Source: a virus
IMG/VR virus record: IMGVR_UViG_3300040815_002027
Strand: one strand, 5' to 3'
Length of the DNA stretch: 64,000 nt
Shown: positions 18,259 through 28,600 of the stretch, one piece after another
Layout: every line of letters begins with the position of its first letter
How positions within the stretch are numbered: the stretch's first letter is position 1
Translations under genes and position numbers: made by a program
Notes under the pieces: model-generated
Seen by the model: the letters and a program-made list of their open reading frames with translations, nothing else
Database searches by the model: none
Told to the model about the DNA's origin: nothing

Positions 18259-18657
18259 ATGGCTGCTGGCATATATAACTTTATTATTGAACAAGGCACT
18301 ACTGTTGACTTTAGAATAGACTATAAAGATTCTGACGGAACTCCTTTTGACTTAACTGAATATACAGCAAGGATGCAGATAAGAGACTCTCCTAAAGGAA
18401 GTGTTTTGTATGCATCTTTAACATCTACATTAACACCTTGCGGAACAGGATTAGACTTAACTCCAGAAGTTAACGGAGAAATACAGCCTGCTAGTTCTGG
18501 TAGTATAGGCATTAGTATTAGTGCCTTATCTTCTTCTGCGTTTACATTTGATCAGGCTTACTATGATTTAGAGATTGTGAGCGGGAGTGGTACTTGTGAA
18601 GTAGTTAATAGAGTACTACAAGGAAAAATTAAACTTAGTAAAGAAGTAACTTACTGA
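18259..18657 (+). CDS. Virion structural protein (BppU-like/Ig-fold adaptor)
   Basis: YNFIIEQGTT..DLTEYTARMQIR..YYDLEI..RVLQGKIKLSKEVT pattern. Confidence 0.6.
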   Translation: MAAGIYNFIIEQGTTVDFRIDYKDSDGTPFDLTEYTARMQIRDSPKGSVLYASLTSTLTPCGTGLDLTPEVNGEIQPASSGSIGISISALSSSAFTFDQAYYDLEIVSGSGTCEVVNRVLQGKIKLSKEVTY

Positions 18658-19193
18658 TGTCTAAGAGAATTATAGTATCAAAAGATGATGAGCAGGTAAA
18701 CATAAAGTCTGGTAAGACTCCTAACAATGTAGTAATAGTAAAACCAGATACTAAGGTTGTAACTGTAGCTTCTCAAGGTAAGAGAGGACCTAGAGGATAT
18801 GATGGTGGTACTTTATTTAGACCTACAGGTAGTTTTATATCTACTACTAACAATGTACAAATAACTGGATCATTATCTGCAACAACTCTAATAGGAGACG
18901 GTAACGCTATATATAATATACCTACATCTTCTATTGTTAACTTTAATCAAGCAGTATCCCAGTCTTTGTTTCCTTTTTACGGTAAGGCTGAGATAACAGG
19001 TTCTATAGAGCTACAAAGACCTAGTGTAATTGCAGGTCTAGATTTTTTTATAATAAGGTCAGGGTCTTTTAATGCAGTAACTGTAACATCTGATGGTGTT
19101 TTAAAATTAGGAGAGTTTGATGAATTACCTCCCCCAGTAGCAGGAGGTTTGGCGTATAGTCAAGCAAATTTTTGGGTAGGTACAGAAGATTAG
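18657..19193 (+). CDS. Virion structural/fibre-associated protein
   Basis: Short collagen-like QGKRGPRG and repeated ITGS motifs. Confidence 0.5.
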   Translation: MSKRIIVSKDDEQVNIKSGKTPNNVVIVKPDTKVVTVASQGKRGPRGYDGGTLFRPTGSFISTTNNVQITGSLSATTLIGDGNAIYNIPTSSIVNFNQAVSQSLFPFYGKAEITGSIELQRPSVIAGLDFFIIRSGSFNAVTVTSDGVLKLGEFDELPPPVAGGLAYSQANFWVGTED

Positions 19194-19213
19194 ATTTTTA
19201 TTTAATTCTTATA

Positions 19214-19221
19214 TATTTATA
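19214..19221 (+). promoter_or_regulatory. Putative late promoter TATTTATA
   Basis: Intergenic. Confidence 0.65.
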
Positions 19222-19243
19222 GTAAAGATAAAACTATAGCATA

Positions 19244-20197
19244 ATGGCTCAATGGAAAAAAGTACTCGTTAGTGGTTCTAATATACATGTAAACGAGATA
19301 ACAGCGTCAAGTCTTACTAATGACAACTTAGTTCTTATTGGAACTGGCGGGTCTTTAGAAAGTAGTGGATTAACTTATGATGGTAGTATTTTAGATATAA
19401 CTGCTGCGTCTGTTGTTTCTGGATCACTGTTTTCTGGATCATTTGTAGGTGATGGGTCTGGTTTGACAGGACTTGTTACTACTTTAAATATAACAGGTTC
19501 GGATGGCGGTGAAACTTACGGATCTGTGGATCTTCTTACTCAAGACTTAACTGTTACTGCTGGGGAAGGTATTGATATTACTGTATCAAATCAGAATATA
19601 ACTTTTTCTGGTGAATACGCTACTACTGATAATAATAAAGGTATCGCATCTTTTGATAGTGGAGATTTTGTAGCTACTTCTGGAAATATTACTTTAGCAA
19701 ACTCTCTTGATGGTGCTGTTTTAGCGATTAACGGAACTACAAATGAAACTACTGTTTCTAGAACTTTAGGTACAGTAACTGTTGGATTGCCTGATGATGT
19801 AACTATTACAAACAGTCTTACTGTTCCTACTGCATCTATTACAGGAAATCTATTTGTTGATGGAGATTTAGCAGTTAATGGTGATTTAACTTATATCAAT
19901 ACTGCTAACTTATTTGTAGAAGATAAGTTTATTTTATTAAATAGTGGTTCTGCTAACCCTGATGAAGGTGGTATTATCATTGATGAAGGGTTAGGGTTAG
20001 GACACGCATTCTTTTATGAGGCTGACAGAGTTAGATGGGGATTCAACCAATCAGTAAGCAGTACAGCAACTACTGCTGACACTACTGCGTATGCTGCTGC
20101 TGTAGTAGATGTTGATGGACCTCACACCGACATTTCAGAGTATCAAAAGAATGGTAACATAAAAGTCGAAGGAGGAGAAATATACATCTTTGCATAA
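19244..20197 (+). CDS. Fibre-like virion protein
   Basis: G/S/T-rich beta repeats, SGSFVGDGSGLTG, GDLAVNG..NLFVEDKFI. Confidence 0.65.
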   Translation: MAQWKKVLVSGSNIHVNEITASSLTNDNLVLIGTGGSLESSGLTYDGSILDITAASVVSGSLFSGSFVGDGSGLTGLVTTLNITGSDGGETYGSVDLLTQDLTVTAGEGIDITVSNQNITFSGEYATTDNNKGIASFDSGDFVATSGNITLANSLDGAVLAINGTTNETTVSRTLGTVTVGLPDDVTITNSLTVPTASITGNLFVDGDLAVNGDLTYINTANLFVEDKFILLNSGSANPDEGGIIIDEGLGLGHAFFYEADRVRWGFNQSVSSTATTADTTAYAAAVVDVDGPHTDISEYQKNGNIKVEGGEIYIFA

Positions 20198-20206
20198 ATT
20201 ATAAAA

Positions 20207-20458
20207 TTGTTCATTTCAAAAATTATAAGAGTTTTGCCAACAGTAATTAAGAAAGGTTCTACAAAAGTAGTTACACCAGTTACTACAAAAAGTGTGGAAG
20301 AAGAACCAAAAAGAGAAATATTTTATACTCCTGAAGAATTAGAATTTGTAATTAAGGTATTAGGAGAACAAACATTTAAGATAAAAGAGATAGAGTTTAT
20401 CTATAATTTAATAGTTAAATTACAAGAAGACTATCTCCAACAATCTAAAAAGAAATAA
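20207..20458 (+). CDS. Small hypothetical protein (start uncertain), possible fibre chaperone
   Basis: TTG-start ORF filling the gap, with a helical C-terminus. Confidence 0.45.
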   Translation: MFISKIIRVLPTVIKKGSTKVVTPVTTKSVEEEPKREIFYTPEELEFVIKVLGEQTFKIKEIEFIYNLIVKLQEDYLQQSKKK

Positions 20459-20492
20459 TGTTTAGCATATAGATTATGTTAAACATTTTTTT
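20458..20492 (+). terminator. Possible intrinsic terminator
   Basis: ATGTTTAGCATA-TAGAT-TATGTTAAACAT 12-bp AT-rich stem followed by a T run. Confidence 0.45.
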
Positions 20493-20500
20493 ATATAATT

Positions 20501-20556
20501 TTATTATTGGCCCTTATGGGAAGTGGGCGGTAAATTACCGTAACCAACCATAGTAA
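20501..20556 (+). ncRNA. Candidate structured leader RNA (three-way junction)
   Basis: GC-rich island in an AT-rich spacer: P1 TTATTA-T-TGG/CCA-TAGTAA, P2 CCC-TTAT-GGG, P3 TGG-G-CGGTA-AAT-TACCG-TAA-CCA; ends 11 nt before ATG 20568. Confidence 0.45.
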
Positions 20557-20567
20557 AAAACAGTTAA

Positions 20568-21992
20568 ATGCCTAATTGGAAAAAGGTAATCGTCAGTGGT
20601 TCTGACGCTGTACTTAATAGTGTTAATGCAACAACTGCTCTAACAGCGAGTGGTATAATTTATCCTACCGTAGATGGTACTGCAAATCAAGTAATACAAA
20701 CCGATGGTTTAGGTAATCTATCTTTTGGTTCTGTAGATACGACTTATGAAGTTGTAAAAAATGTATCAGGAACTACTTTATACAAAGGGACTCCTGTTCA
20801 CGCCACAGGGTCAGGAACTTCAGGTAATCTTGTCGGTATTATAGCAGCTTCCGCATCTAATCCTGCCACAATGCCTGCCACCTTAGTTTTAAATGAGGAT
20901 TTAGCAGATGGCGATGAAGGGTATGCTATTATAAGTGGTTTAATACAAGGTGTTGATACCTCTACTTTTGAGAGTGGGCAGGTTATATATGTTGGGGAGA
21001 ATAGTGGATATACAAACGTAAAGCCTACAGGGTCTAATCTTATACAGAATTTAGGTATTGTGACTAAGATACATCCTTCCAATGGAGCGGGTATTGTCTT
21101 AGGAGCAGGTAGAAGTAATGATGTTCCTAATTTACTTAACGGAGAGGTCTTTTGGGGGGAAGGTAATAGAGCTATTAAGAAGCCTCTCGCCCACATTTTG
21201 TCGGGGAGCAGTTACATCTATAGTGGAAGTTTTAGTGGAAGTTTTCAAGGTGATGGAAGTGGTCTAACAGGAATAGCAGTATTAAGGTCACAAGCAATAA
21301 CAGGCTCTTTTACATCTGTTACATCTACTACAATAACACACAACTTAGAAACAGAAAATATATTAGTATCTGTATATGACAATACTAAAAACTATATTAT
21401 ACCTGATTCTATACAGATATTAGACTCTAATAATGTTCAGGTAGGATTCTCTGCTCCAACAACAGGATACGCTGTTGTAACAAATGGGGGTCATATTGTA
21501 AGTGGTTCTATAGATTGGACTAATGTTTTAAATAAACCGAGTGGACTTGTTAGTTCCTCTGCCCAACTTTCTAATCAAACAGTACCAGGAAACTTCACAG
21601 TCGGAGGAATCTTAACTGCTCAAGAGTTTCATACAGAGGTCGTATCAGCATCTATAATTTATCAGAGTGGTTCTACACAGTTTGGAAACTCTTTAGATGA
21701 TACGCATAATTTTATAGGTACAGTATCAGCTTCAAATTTTGTGGGAGATGGCTCACAAATAACCTCGGTTCTTTCGATGCATCAGGAGAACTTTACGTTA
21801 GGTTCTTCTACTAATAGTATTACGGTAACTTCGGGAAGTTTGCCGAGCAGTAATGATAAAATACTTATCTACTATAACGGACAGTTTATAAATAAAACAT
21901 ATATATCTTCTAAGACAACAGATACAATTAACTTAACCTTCTCCGCATCTTTAGGAGACCAAATTGATGTCGTATGGTACAATTTCAATTAA
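20568..21992 (+). CDS. Fibre-like virion protein
   Basis: N-terminus MPNWKKVIVSGS, similar to the 19244 gene; SGSFQGDGSGLTG, ITHNL, LTAQEFHTE..SGSTQFG modules. Confidence 0.65.
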   Translation: MPNWKKVIVSGSDAVLNSVNATTALTASGIIYPTVDGTANQVIQTDGLGNLSFGSVDTTYEVVKNVSGTTLYKGTPVHATGSGTSGNLVGIIAASASNPATMPATLVLNEDLADGDEGYAIISGLIQGVDTSTFESGQVIYVGENSGYTNVKPTGSNLIQNLGIVTKIHPSNGAGIVLGAGRSNDVPNLLNGEVFWGEGNRAIKKPLAHILSGSSYIYSGSFSGSFQGDGSGLTGIAVLRSQAITGSFTSVTSTTITHNLETENILVSVYDNTKNYIIPDSIQILDSNNVQVGFSAPTTGYAVVTNGGHIVSGSIDWTNVLNKPSGLVSSSAQLSNQTVPGNFTVGGILTAQEFHTEVVSASIIYQSGSTQFGNSLDDTHNFIGTVSASNFVGDGSQITSVLSMHQENFTLGSSTNSITVTSGSLPSSNDKILIYYNGQFINKTYISSKTTDTINLTFSASLGDQIDVVWYNFN

Positions 21993-24643
21993 AAAAATTA
22001 TATATAGGTTTAATCTTCCTATTCTTATCTATATCGGTGTACTCACAAGGACCTCCACGATTACGCTTTACTCAGCTACCGCAATCGGATTCTATTGGTT
22101 CTTTACTTCTAACTAATAGTCAGAAGAACTTAGAGTTTACCAACAACCTTAGATATCTTAACAATGTCTTTAGTGTGGTGGGAGATGCTAATTTTGATGA
22201 TAATACGTTGTATGTCGATGCGACTAATAATAGGGTTGGAATTGGTACGGTAAGTCCATCTGTAAAATTGCACATCGAGGGTGGAAATATTTTTGCAAAA
22301 AAAGGCAGTTCATCAATTTTGTTTGATGAATATAATAATGGTTCGATTCTTTGGATGGATGGTTCTGATGGTGATGTAACTGGTGGAGATTATTGGGGCG
22401 TATATGCTCAAAGTTCCACTCTTTGGGGAGTAAATTATGCTGGTGGTAATAATATTCTAAATATAACTTCATCTGGCAACGTAGGAATTGGTACGGATGC
22501 AATAACAGGAAAATTACATATTGTAGGCAATACACCTGGACCTGAATATAGAGGATTTATATACACAAATAATAGCAGCGCAACATTAACTAATGAAAGT
22601 TTATTTCAAGCAGTTGCTGCAGGGTACTCCAGTAATTCACCCATATTCTTATTTAGGGATGATAGAAGTGACCAACAAACAACACAAAGAATATTTGAAT
22701 TACAAGGTGCAAGAAGTGGGGTAGGCACAATTCTTACAACATTAGCCAACGGCAACGTAGGAATTGGTACGAGTACGCCAAATGCCAAACTTGCCATTAA
22801 AGATGGCTCTAACACTGATTTAGAGCTTTTTTCAGAATCAAGCGGTACAGCGTTGCAATCTTACAATAGAACTACTTCTACTTGGGGATATTTAAGGTTT
22901 CTTGCAGGAGGTGGTGAGAAAATGCGTATTCATACAGATGGCAACGTAGGAATAGGTACGACTAATCCGTTAGCTAAGTTAGATGTAAGGGGAAGAACTA
23001 ATGTATGGGGTGGAGGAACTACATCAGGAACATTAGGGTTTAGTGTACTGGACTTAGGTTCTAATTACAACTTTTATGTTGAAGATGATGGTGGAGCTTA
23101 CCTAAGAGGAAATGTTAGAATAGGTAATTCTACAAATAATGGGTATAAGTTAGATGTTAACGGAACGGGTAGGTTTAGTAATACATTAACAGCATCAAGC
23201 ACAGCAGGTGGTACTTCCGCTATATTTCAAAACACAGGAGCACAAAATTCTAATGGTATTGAATTAAGAGGAGGTACTGCTGGCACTTCAGTAAATTGGA
23301 AAATTGAGAAAGACAATACAGTTGGTAATGCTTTTCAGATTACACCATCAACTACTAACGGAGGGACTACTTACACAACTCCATCCCTCACCATAGCCTC
23401 CACAGGTGCAGCCACCTTTAGCAACAACGTAGGAATTGGCCAATTAAATCCAAATGCCCCATTACACGTTGTAGGTCGGGCTATCGCAAGTAATTTTGTT
23501 GTCGGTCCATACTCCTCGCTCAATGACGCAACTGGTATTGCAAACACCTTACAGTTTGGGAATTATGCTATTGCTTCATTTATAGACCAAAATAGTGCAG
23601 ACGCATATGTTTACAAAGCTTCCTCATCAGTTAGCGGCATGGCGCCCCAAACCCTTATGTTTCAAACCAGAAGTGATGTGGATGGTGGTGGTTTTGCTTT
23701 TGTAAGTGGTAATACACCGACAGCTAAGATGTACATTGAAGGTTCATCTGGCAACGTAGGAATTGGTACGACTTCGCCAAGTGCCAAACTTGATGTAGAT
23801 GGTGGTATTAGATTATCAGAAAGTGGAAATTTAAGTGGAAGAGGATATCCTTATACTACTACAGTAGGTTCTGGGGCAGATGCAACAACAACATACATAG
23901 AGGCTGGGTCAACATCAGGGTATCAATCAAGAATAACAGTAGCAGGAGGTGGTGCCGCCACAGACCCTAATACCATAAAGTTTAGTGTTGCTTCTAATGA
24001 ATCAATGCGCATTGATGCAAACGGCAACGTAGGAATTGGTACAACAAGCCCAGATTATAAGCTTGATGTTAACGGAGGTATTAAACTAAACGGCAAATCT
24101 GCCCTAACTGATGACGCATATTTCGTTGGCGCTCCTAATTACGGATTTAGATGGAATAGTGTTGATAATTTATACAATAATGTCATTATGTACGATAATG
24201 GTAATATGTATGTTCGAGGCAACGTAGGAATTGGTACTACTTCACCATCCTACAAACTTCATGTTAATGGTTCTGTTGCAGGTGTAGGAGCATATAATAA
24301 CTTATCTGATGTTAATTATAAAAAGAATATAAATGATTTAGAATTAGGATTAGATATAGTTAAACAGTTAAGACCGATAACATATAATTGGATTAATGAA
24401 GAATATGGTACAAGAACTAATATTGGTTTTATTGCCCAAGAAGTAGAATCTGTATTACCTAACATAGTAACAACAGCTGATGATAATGTTAAATCTATGG
24501 CTACAACAGATTTAATACCAATACTAACTAAAGCTATTCAAGAACAACAAACGATTATAGAAACCCAAGAACAAAAGATACAAGAATTAGAAACTCTACT
24601 ACAAACTTTAGTAAGTAGAATAGAAACATTAGAAAATAAATAA
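21974..24643 (+). CDS. Fibre-like protein with GNVGIGT repeats, C-terminal S74 chaperone and N-terminal signal peptide
   Basis: KKLYIGLIFLFLSISVYS/Q; multiple GNVGIGT..P..KL; LSDVNYKKNI...IGFIAQEV followed by a coiled coil. Confidence 0.75.
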   Translation: MVQFQLKKLYIGLIFLFLSISVYSQGPPRLRFTQLPQSDSIGSLLLTNSQKNLEFTNNLRYLNNVFSVVGDANFDDNTLYVDATNNRVGIGTVSPSVKLHIEGGNIFAKKGSSSILFDEYNNGSILWMDGSDGDVTGGDYWGVYAQSSTLWGVNYAGGNNILNITSSGNVGIGTDAITGKLHIVGNTPGPEYRGFIYTNNSSATLTNESLFQAVAAGYSSNSPIFLFRDDRSDQQTTQRIFELQGARSGVGTILTTLANGNVGIGTSTPNAKLAIKDGSNTDLELFSESSGTALQSYNRTTSTWGYLRFLAGGGEKMRIHTDGNVGIGTTNPLAKLDVRGRTNVWGGGTTSGTLGFSVLDLGSNYNFYVEDDGGAYLRGNVRIGNSTNNGYKLDVNGTGRFSNTLTASSTAGGTSAIFQNTGAQNSNGIELRGGTAGTSVNWKIEKDNTVGNAFQITPSTTNGGTTYTTPSLTIASTGAATFSNNVGIGQLNPNAPLHVVGRAIASNFVVGPYSSLNDATGIANTLQFGNYAIASFIDQNSADAYVYKASSSVSGMAPQTLMFQTRSDVDGGGFAFVSGNTPTAKMYIEGSSGNVGIGTTSPSAKLDVDGGIRLSESGNLSGRGYPYTTTVGSGADATTTYIEAGSTSGYQSRITVAGGGAATDPNTIKFSVASNESMRIDANGNVGIGTTSPDYKLDVNGGIKLNGKSALTDDAYFVGAPNYGFRWNSVDNLYNNVIMYDNGNMYVRGNVGIGTTSPSYKLHVNGSVAGVGAYNNLSDVNYKKNINDLELGLDIVKQLRPITYNWINEEYGTRTNIGFIAQEVESVLPNIVTTADDNVKSMATTDLIPILTKAIQEQQTIIETQEQKIQELETLLQTLVSRIETLENK

Positions 24644-24655
24644 ATTAATATACTT

Positions 24656-25351
24656 ATGAAAACAGCATTTCACATCGTTATTTTTACTGTTCTTTTTCTT
24701 ATTACGTCTACTGTAAAAGGACAGATTCCTGACACAATTTATATAGAATCTTATAACTCTGAAAGTTCTGTTGTGTTAGGTTTATTACAGTCATCGGGAA
24801 CATCTGATGCTACTATATCTTCTGATTATTATATTTTGTATGAAGGTACATACTATCCAAATATAGAGCAGACTGTAATATCTCCTATTGATAGAAGGTT
24901 TACAACACAACAGGCTGTAGATTATTTAGTTAAGTTGATAGAAACGGTAGAGAGTAGGATTTGGTATAACCAAGCCACAGTCTTAAAAAATTTAGATGTG
25001 AATGAGATATACCCAACGGTTAATAGATTATTAGATTCTTTGGGTAGTAGTGGTTATTATGCTGTTATGGCTGATAAGTACGGTAGTAATTTTGATGGAA
25101 TTTGGCAGGTAGATGTAGGGGATGTTAGTTATTATTTAGATTTTACTGAAACAGGAGTTGTTACTGAAGTAGATAGTAGTTTTGTTCCGCTCCCCCAAAA
25201 AAGTGCGGGAGCGTACCTCATAAAAACTTTAGGAAGATTTGTACTAACTAATATAGAAGGTTTACCAACCCCTATAACCTTTACAAAAAGTTTAGATAGT
25301 AGTTTTTACTACAATGAAACTAAAACTATTAAAATACAAAAATTACTGTAA
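24656..25351 (+). CDS. Secreted hypothetical protein
   Basis: Signal peptide MKTAFHIVIFTVLFLITSTVKG/Q. Confidence 0.55.
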   Translation: MKTAFHIVIFTVLFLITSTVKGQIPDTIYIESYNSESSVVLGLLQSSGTSDATISSDYYILYEGTYYPNIEQTVISPIDRRFTTQQAVDYLVKLIETVESRIWYNQATVLKNLDVNEIYPTVNRLLDSLGSSGYYAVMADKYGSNFDGIWQVDVGDVSYYLDFTETGVVTEVDSSFVPLPQKSAGAYLIKTLGRFVLTNIEGLPTPITFTKSLDSSFYYNETKTIKIQKLL

Positions 25352-25353
25352 CT

Positions 25354-25563
25354 ATGACAAAATACAGAATTTACAAACAACTAATACCTGCCCCATTTAA
25401 TGCTAATGACCCTCATTGGGCAAAAAGACAGGTATGGGTACAGAAACTAAATAGTACAGATACGATAGATGAGTTTGATACAGAGGCAGAGGCACAAGCC
25501 TATGCCGATGAACTAACACAGGCAGACCCGACCTCTCGTATTTATGAGATACGTCAAGTGTAA
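25354..25563 (+). CDS. Small hypothetical protein
   Basis: 69-aa ORF with typical spacing. Confidence 0.55.
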   Translation: MTKYRIYKQLIPAPFNANDPHWAKRQVWVQKLNSTDTIDEFDTEAEAQAYADELTQADPTSRIYEIRQV

Positions 25564-25581
25564 AATGTGCGGGAGAGGCTC

Positions 25582-25589
25582 TATTTATA
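25582..25589 (+). promoter_or_regulatory. Putative late promoter TATTTATA
   Basis: Intergenic, 20 nt before ATG 25610. Confidence 0.65.
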
Positions 25590-25609
25590 TATAAAACAAA
25601 CTATACCGT

Positions 25610-28600
25610 ATGCGTACCATAGGTAATCTAACAATATCAGGTTCATTAAATACAAGTGGTTCTATAAGAGCAACTACCTTTATAGGAGTTGTGAGTTCTT
25701 CTGCCCAACTTTCTACAGAGATATCAGGAGCATTTACGTCTACCTCTGCCTCACTTGCTTCTGATATACAGAACAATGATACACGATTATCTACCTTGGA
25801 GGGTAAGACCTTGGTGAGTTCTTCTGCACAAATATCTTATACAGGTATTACAGATATACCTAATGGGATTGTGAGTTCTTCTGCCCAACTTTCTATAACA
25901 GAATCCCAAATAAGTGATTTAACTCATTATACTAACTCCGATACTTTATCTTATATTAATAGTATAGGAGTTGTATCAGGTTCTGCTCAAATAACTCTTT
26001 CTTCTGCTACAGGTAATTTAACAGCAGTAAGAATATCAGATTTTGATACAGAGGTTTCTAATAATACTTCTGTAGTTGCAAATACAGCAAAAGTAGGTTA
26101 TACAGATGCTTTAGTTAAAGCAAAACTGAATACAGAGTCTGTTTTAAGTGGTTCTATTACATCTGCTAAAATAACAGATGTAGATGCATTTTCACAATCA
26201 GGAACTTATGCTAATTTAAGAGCGCAAGGAACTACAGCATCTGATGTTGGTTTAGGTAATGTTACAAACGAGTCTAAGGCAACGATGTTTACAAATGCTG
26301 CTTTGACAGGAAATCCAACAGCACCTACCCAAACAGGAACTGACGATTCTACTAAAATTGCAACAACTGCATTTGTACAGGGTAGAATTGATACTATAAT
26401 AGGAACTGCGGGTTCTGCATTAGATACGTTAGGAGAACTGTCAGCTTCGTTATCTAATGACCAAGATGCTTTAGTTTCACTTACCACTACGGTAGGTACT
26501 AAATTAGCAAAATCTTCAAACTTATCAGATTTAACAAATGTTGTAACAGCAAGGACAAACTTAGGATTAGGTACTGCTGCAACAACAAATTCTACCGCTT
26601 ATGCTACGGCAGCTCAAGGTACTAATGCTGATACTGCTTACAGTTGGGGAGACCATTCTTTAGAAGGATACACAACTTGCATAGGTGATATAACAGGAGT
26701 AACAGCAGGAACAGGACTCACAGGAGGAGGTACAAGTGGAACAGTAACCGTATCTCACGCTGATACGTCTACATTAACAGGTGCGCAAGGTAGTGCAGGT
26801 ATAGCATCTATCACAGTAGATGCTTTAGGTCACGTTACGGCTGTAACAACAGCAACATATTGCACTACAGACACTAATACCACTTATACCGCAAATGAAA
26901 TGCTTACTTGCATTAAGACTGTGGATGGAGCAGGTAGTGGACTTGATGCGGATACTTTGGATGGTTTAGATTCTTCTCAATTTTTGAGAAGTGATACTTC
27001 TGATACGTTCAATGGAACTCTATCTGTATCGGGTAATATTGAATCATCAAATCAAATATCTGTTAATAACAGAACAGCTATTTCAGTTGCACATTGGTCA
27101 GCTCCTTCGACAACTACAGGTGCTATAAAAATACAAATACCTGGTTTGCATATTGGCAATTATAGTATGTTAGTATTGAGAATTACTGTATATGAATATA
27201 ACTCAACAGCTGCTACAATTTACTATGTTTCAGGACATGATTGGACATCAGGATGGTATAATAATGGAGTTATAAAAATCGGTAATGGAAACAAAGATAT
27301 AAGTTTAGGTTATGATTCTAATTATGATTATATTATAGTAGGTGATACATCATCTTCTTGGTCTTATGGGCATGTAACCGTAGATGTAATGTCTCATCCA
27401 AGTTTCTATAGTAGCCTGATGGATATTACATCAGGATGGAACATAACCCAAGAGACATCACTATCAGGCATTACAACTCAGAGTGTAATAAATAAAAGAG
27501 TGCTTACAACATCAGATGAAGGGTCAGGAAATGGACTTGATGCAGACTTATTAGATGGACAACAAGGTTCTTATTATTTAGATTATAATAACTTTACTAA
27601 TAAACCTACAATACCCACCAATAACAACCAACTTACGAATGGGGCAGGGTACTGTACAACAGATACTACTTATACCGCAAATGAAATGCTTACTTGCATT
27701 AAGACTGTGGATGGAGCAGGTAGTGGACTTGATGCAGATTTGTTGGATGGTAATCAAGCAAGTGCGTTTTATTTAGCTACAAACCCAAGTGGATACACAA
27801 CTTGTACAGGAACTCTAACAGGCACAGGAACATCAGGATATATATCAAAGTGGAATGGAAGTACATCTCAAACTAATTCTGTTATTTATGATAATGGTAC
27901 AAACGTAGGAATTGGTACGACTAATCCTTTATCTAAATTGCAAGTTGGTACAAGAGGAACTAATAGTGCTTTATCGCTTGGGCTTACTGATGCTATTTTA
28001 TTTGATTTTTACAATGATAATTCTCCTTTTAAAAGACACGGAGTAATAATATCTCAAGCTGCAGACGCAAGTGAGTCTGTTTTGGATTTTAATACAAAAG
28101 CAGCCAACGGAACAAATACCACTAAGATGACTATTTTAGGAAACGGCAACGTAGGGATAGGTACTACTACTCCTGCTGCGAACTTGGATGTAAATGGGAG
28201 TGGTAGATTCAACGGTAGCTTAATAGTAAATACTGGTAATATACTTAGTTTAGACCAAAATTATAATGTGCATGGATATCTAAAATTCTCAGTTACCGAC
28301 TTTGGAAGTGAAAATTCTTTTGGAATGTATGGTTATTATGGCCTTGCTTTTCAGACAAGGCAAGGCATAGGAATTGTACTTAAAGGAAACTCTAACAACG
28401 TAGGTATAGGTACTACGTCTCCATCCACCAAACTTGAAGTGAACGGTACAGCTACAGTTACTACCATTGTAGAAACATCTGCATTAAGATTTAAGGAAAA
28501 TATAAATACTATAGAAGATACATCTATTATAGATAAGTTAAGACCTGTCTCTTTTGATTGGAAAGACTCTAAAGAAACAGAATATGGGTTTATAGCAGAA

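Larger units (their letters stand above)
22475..28413 (+). repeat. Dispersed ~20-bp repeat GGCAACGTAGGAATTGGTAC (GNVGIGT) in two fibre genes
   Basis: Exact copies at 22475, 22751, 23750, 24023 and 24218; near copies at 22940, 23423, 27902, 28145 and 28394. Confidence 0.9.

Noticed and set aside
20501-20556. Assignment as an HDV-like ribozyme or cobalamin riboswitch
   Set aside because: Lacks the HDV L3/P1.1 and clear catalytic J4/2 features, and lacks a B12 box; kept only as an unclassified structured RNA candidate
22475-24237. 20-bp repeats as a CRISPR array or invertible shufflon sites
   Set aside because: In-frame coding, irregular spacing of roughly 190-480 bp, all in direct orientation; no cas, invertase or integrase gene seen
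26882-27735. 68-bp repeat as a DGR template/variable repeat pair
   Set aside because: Copies are identical with no adenine-specific differences, both are coding, and no reverse transcriptase is present in the window
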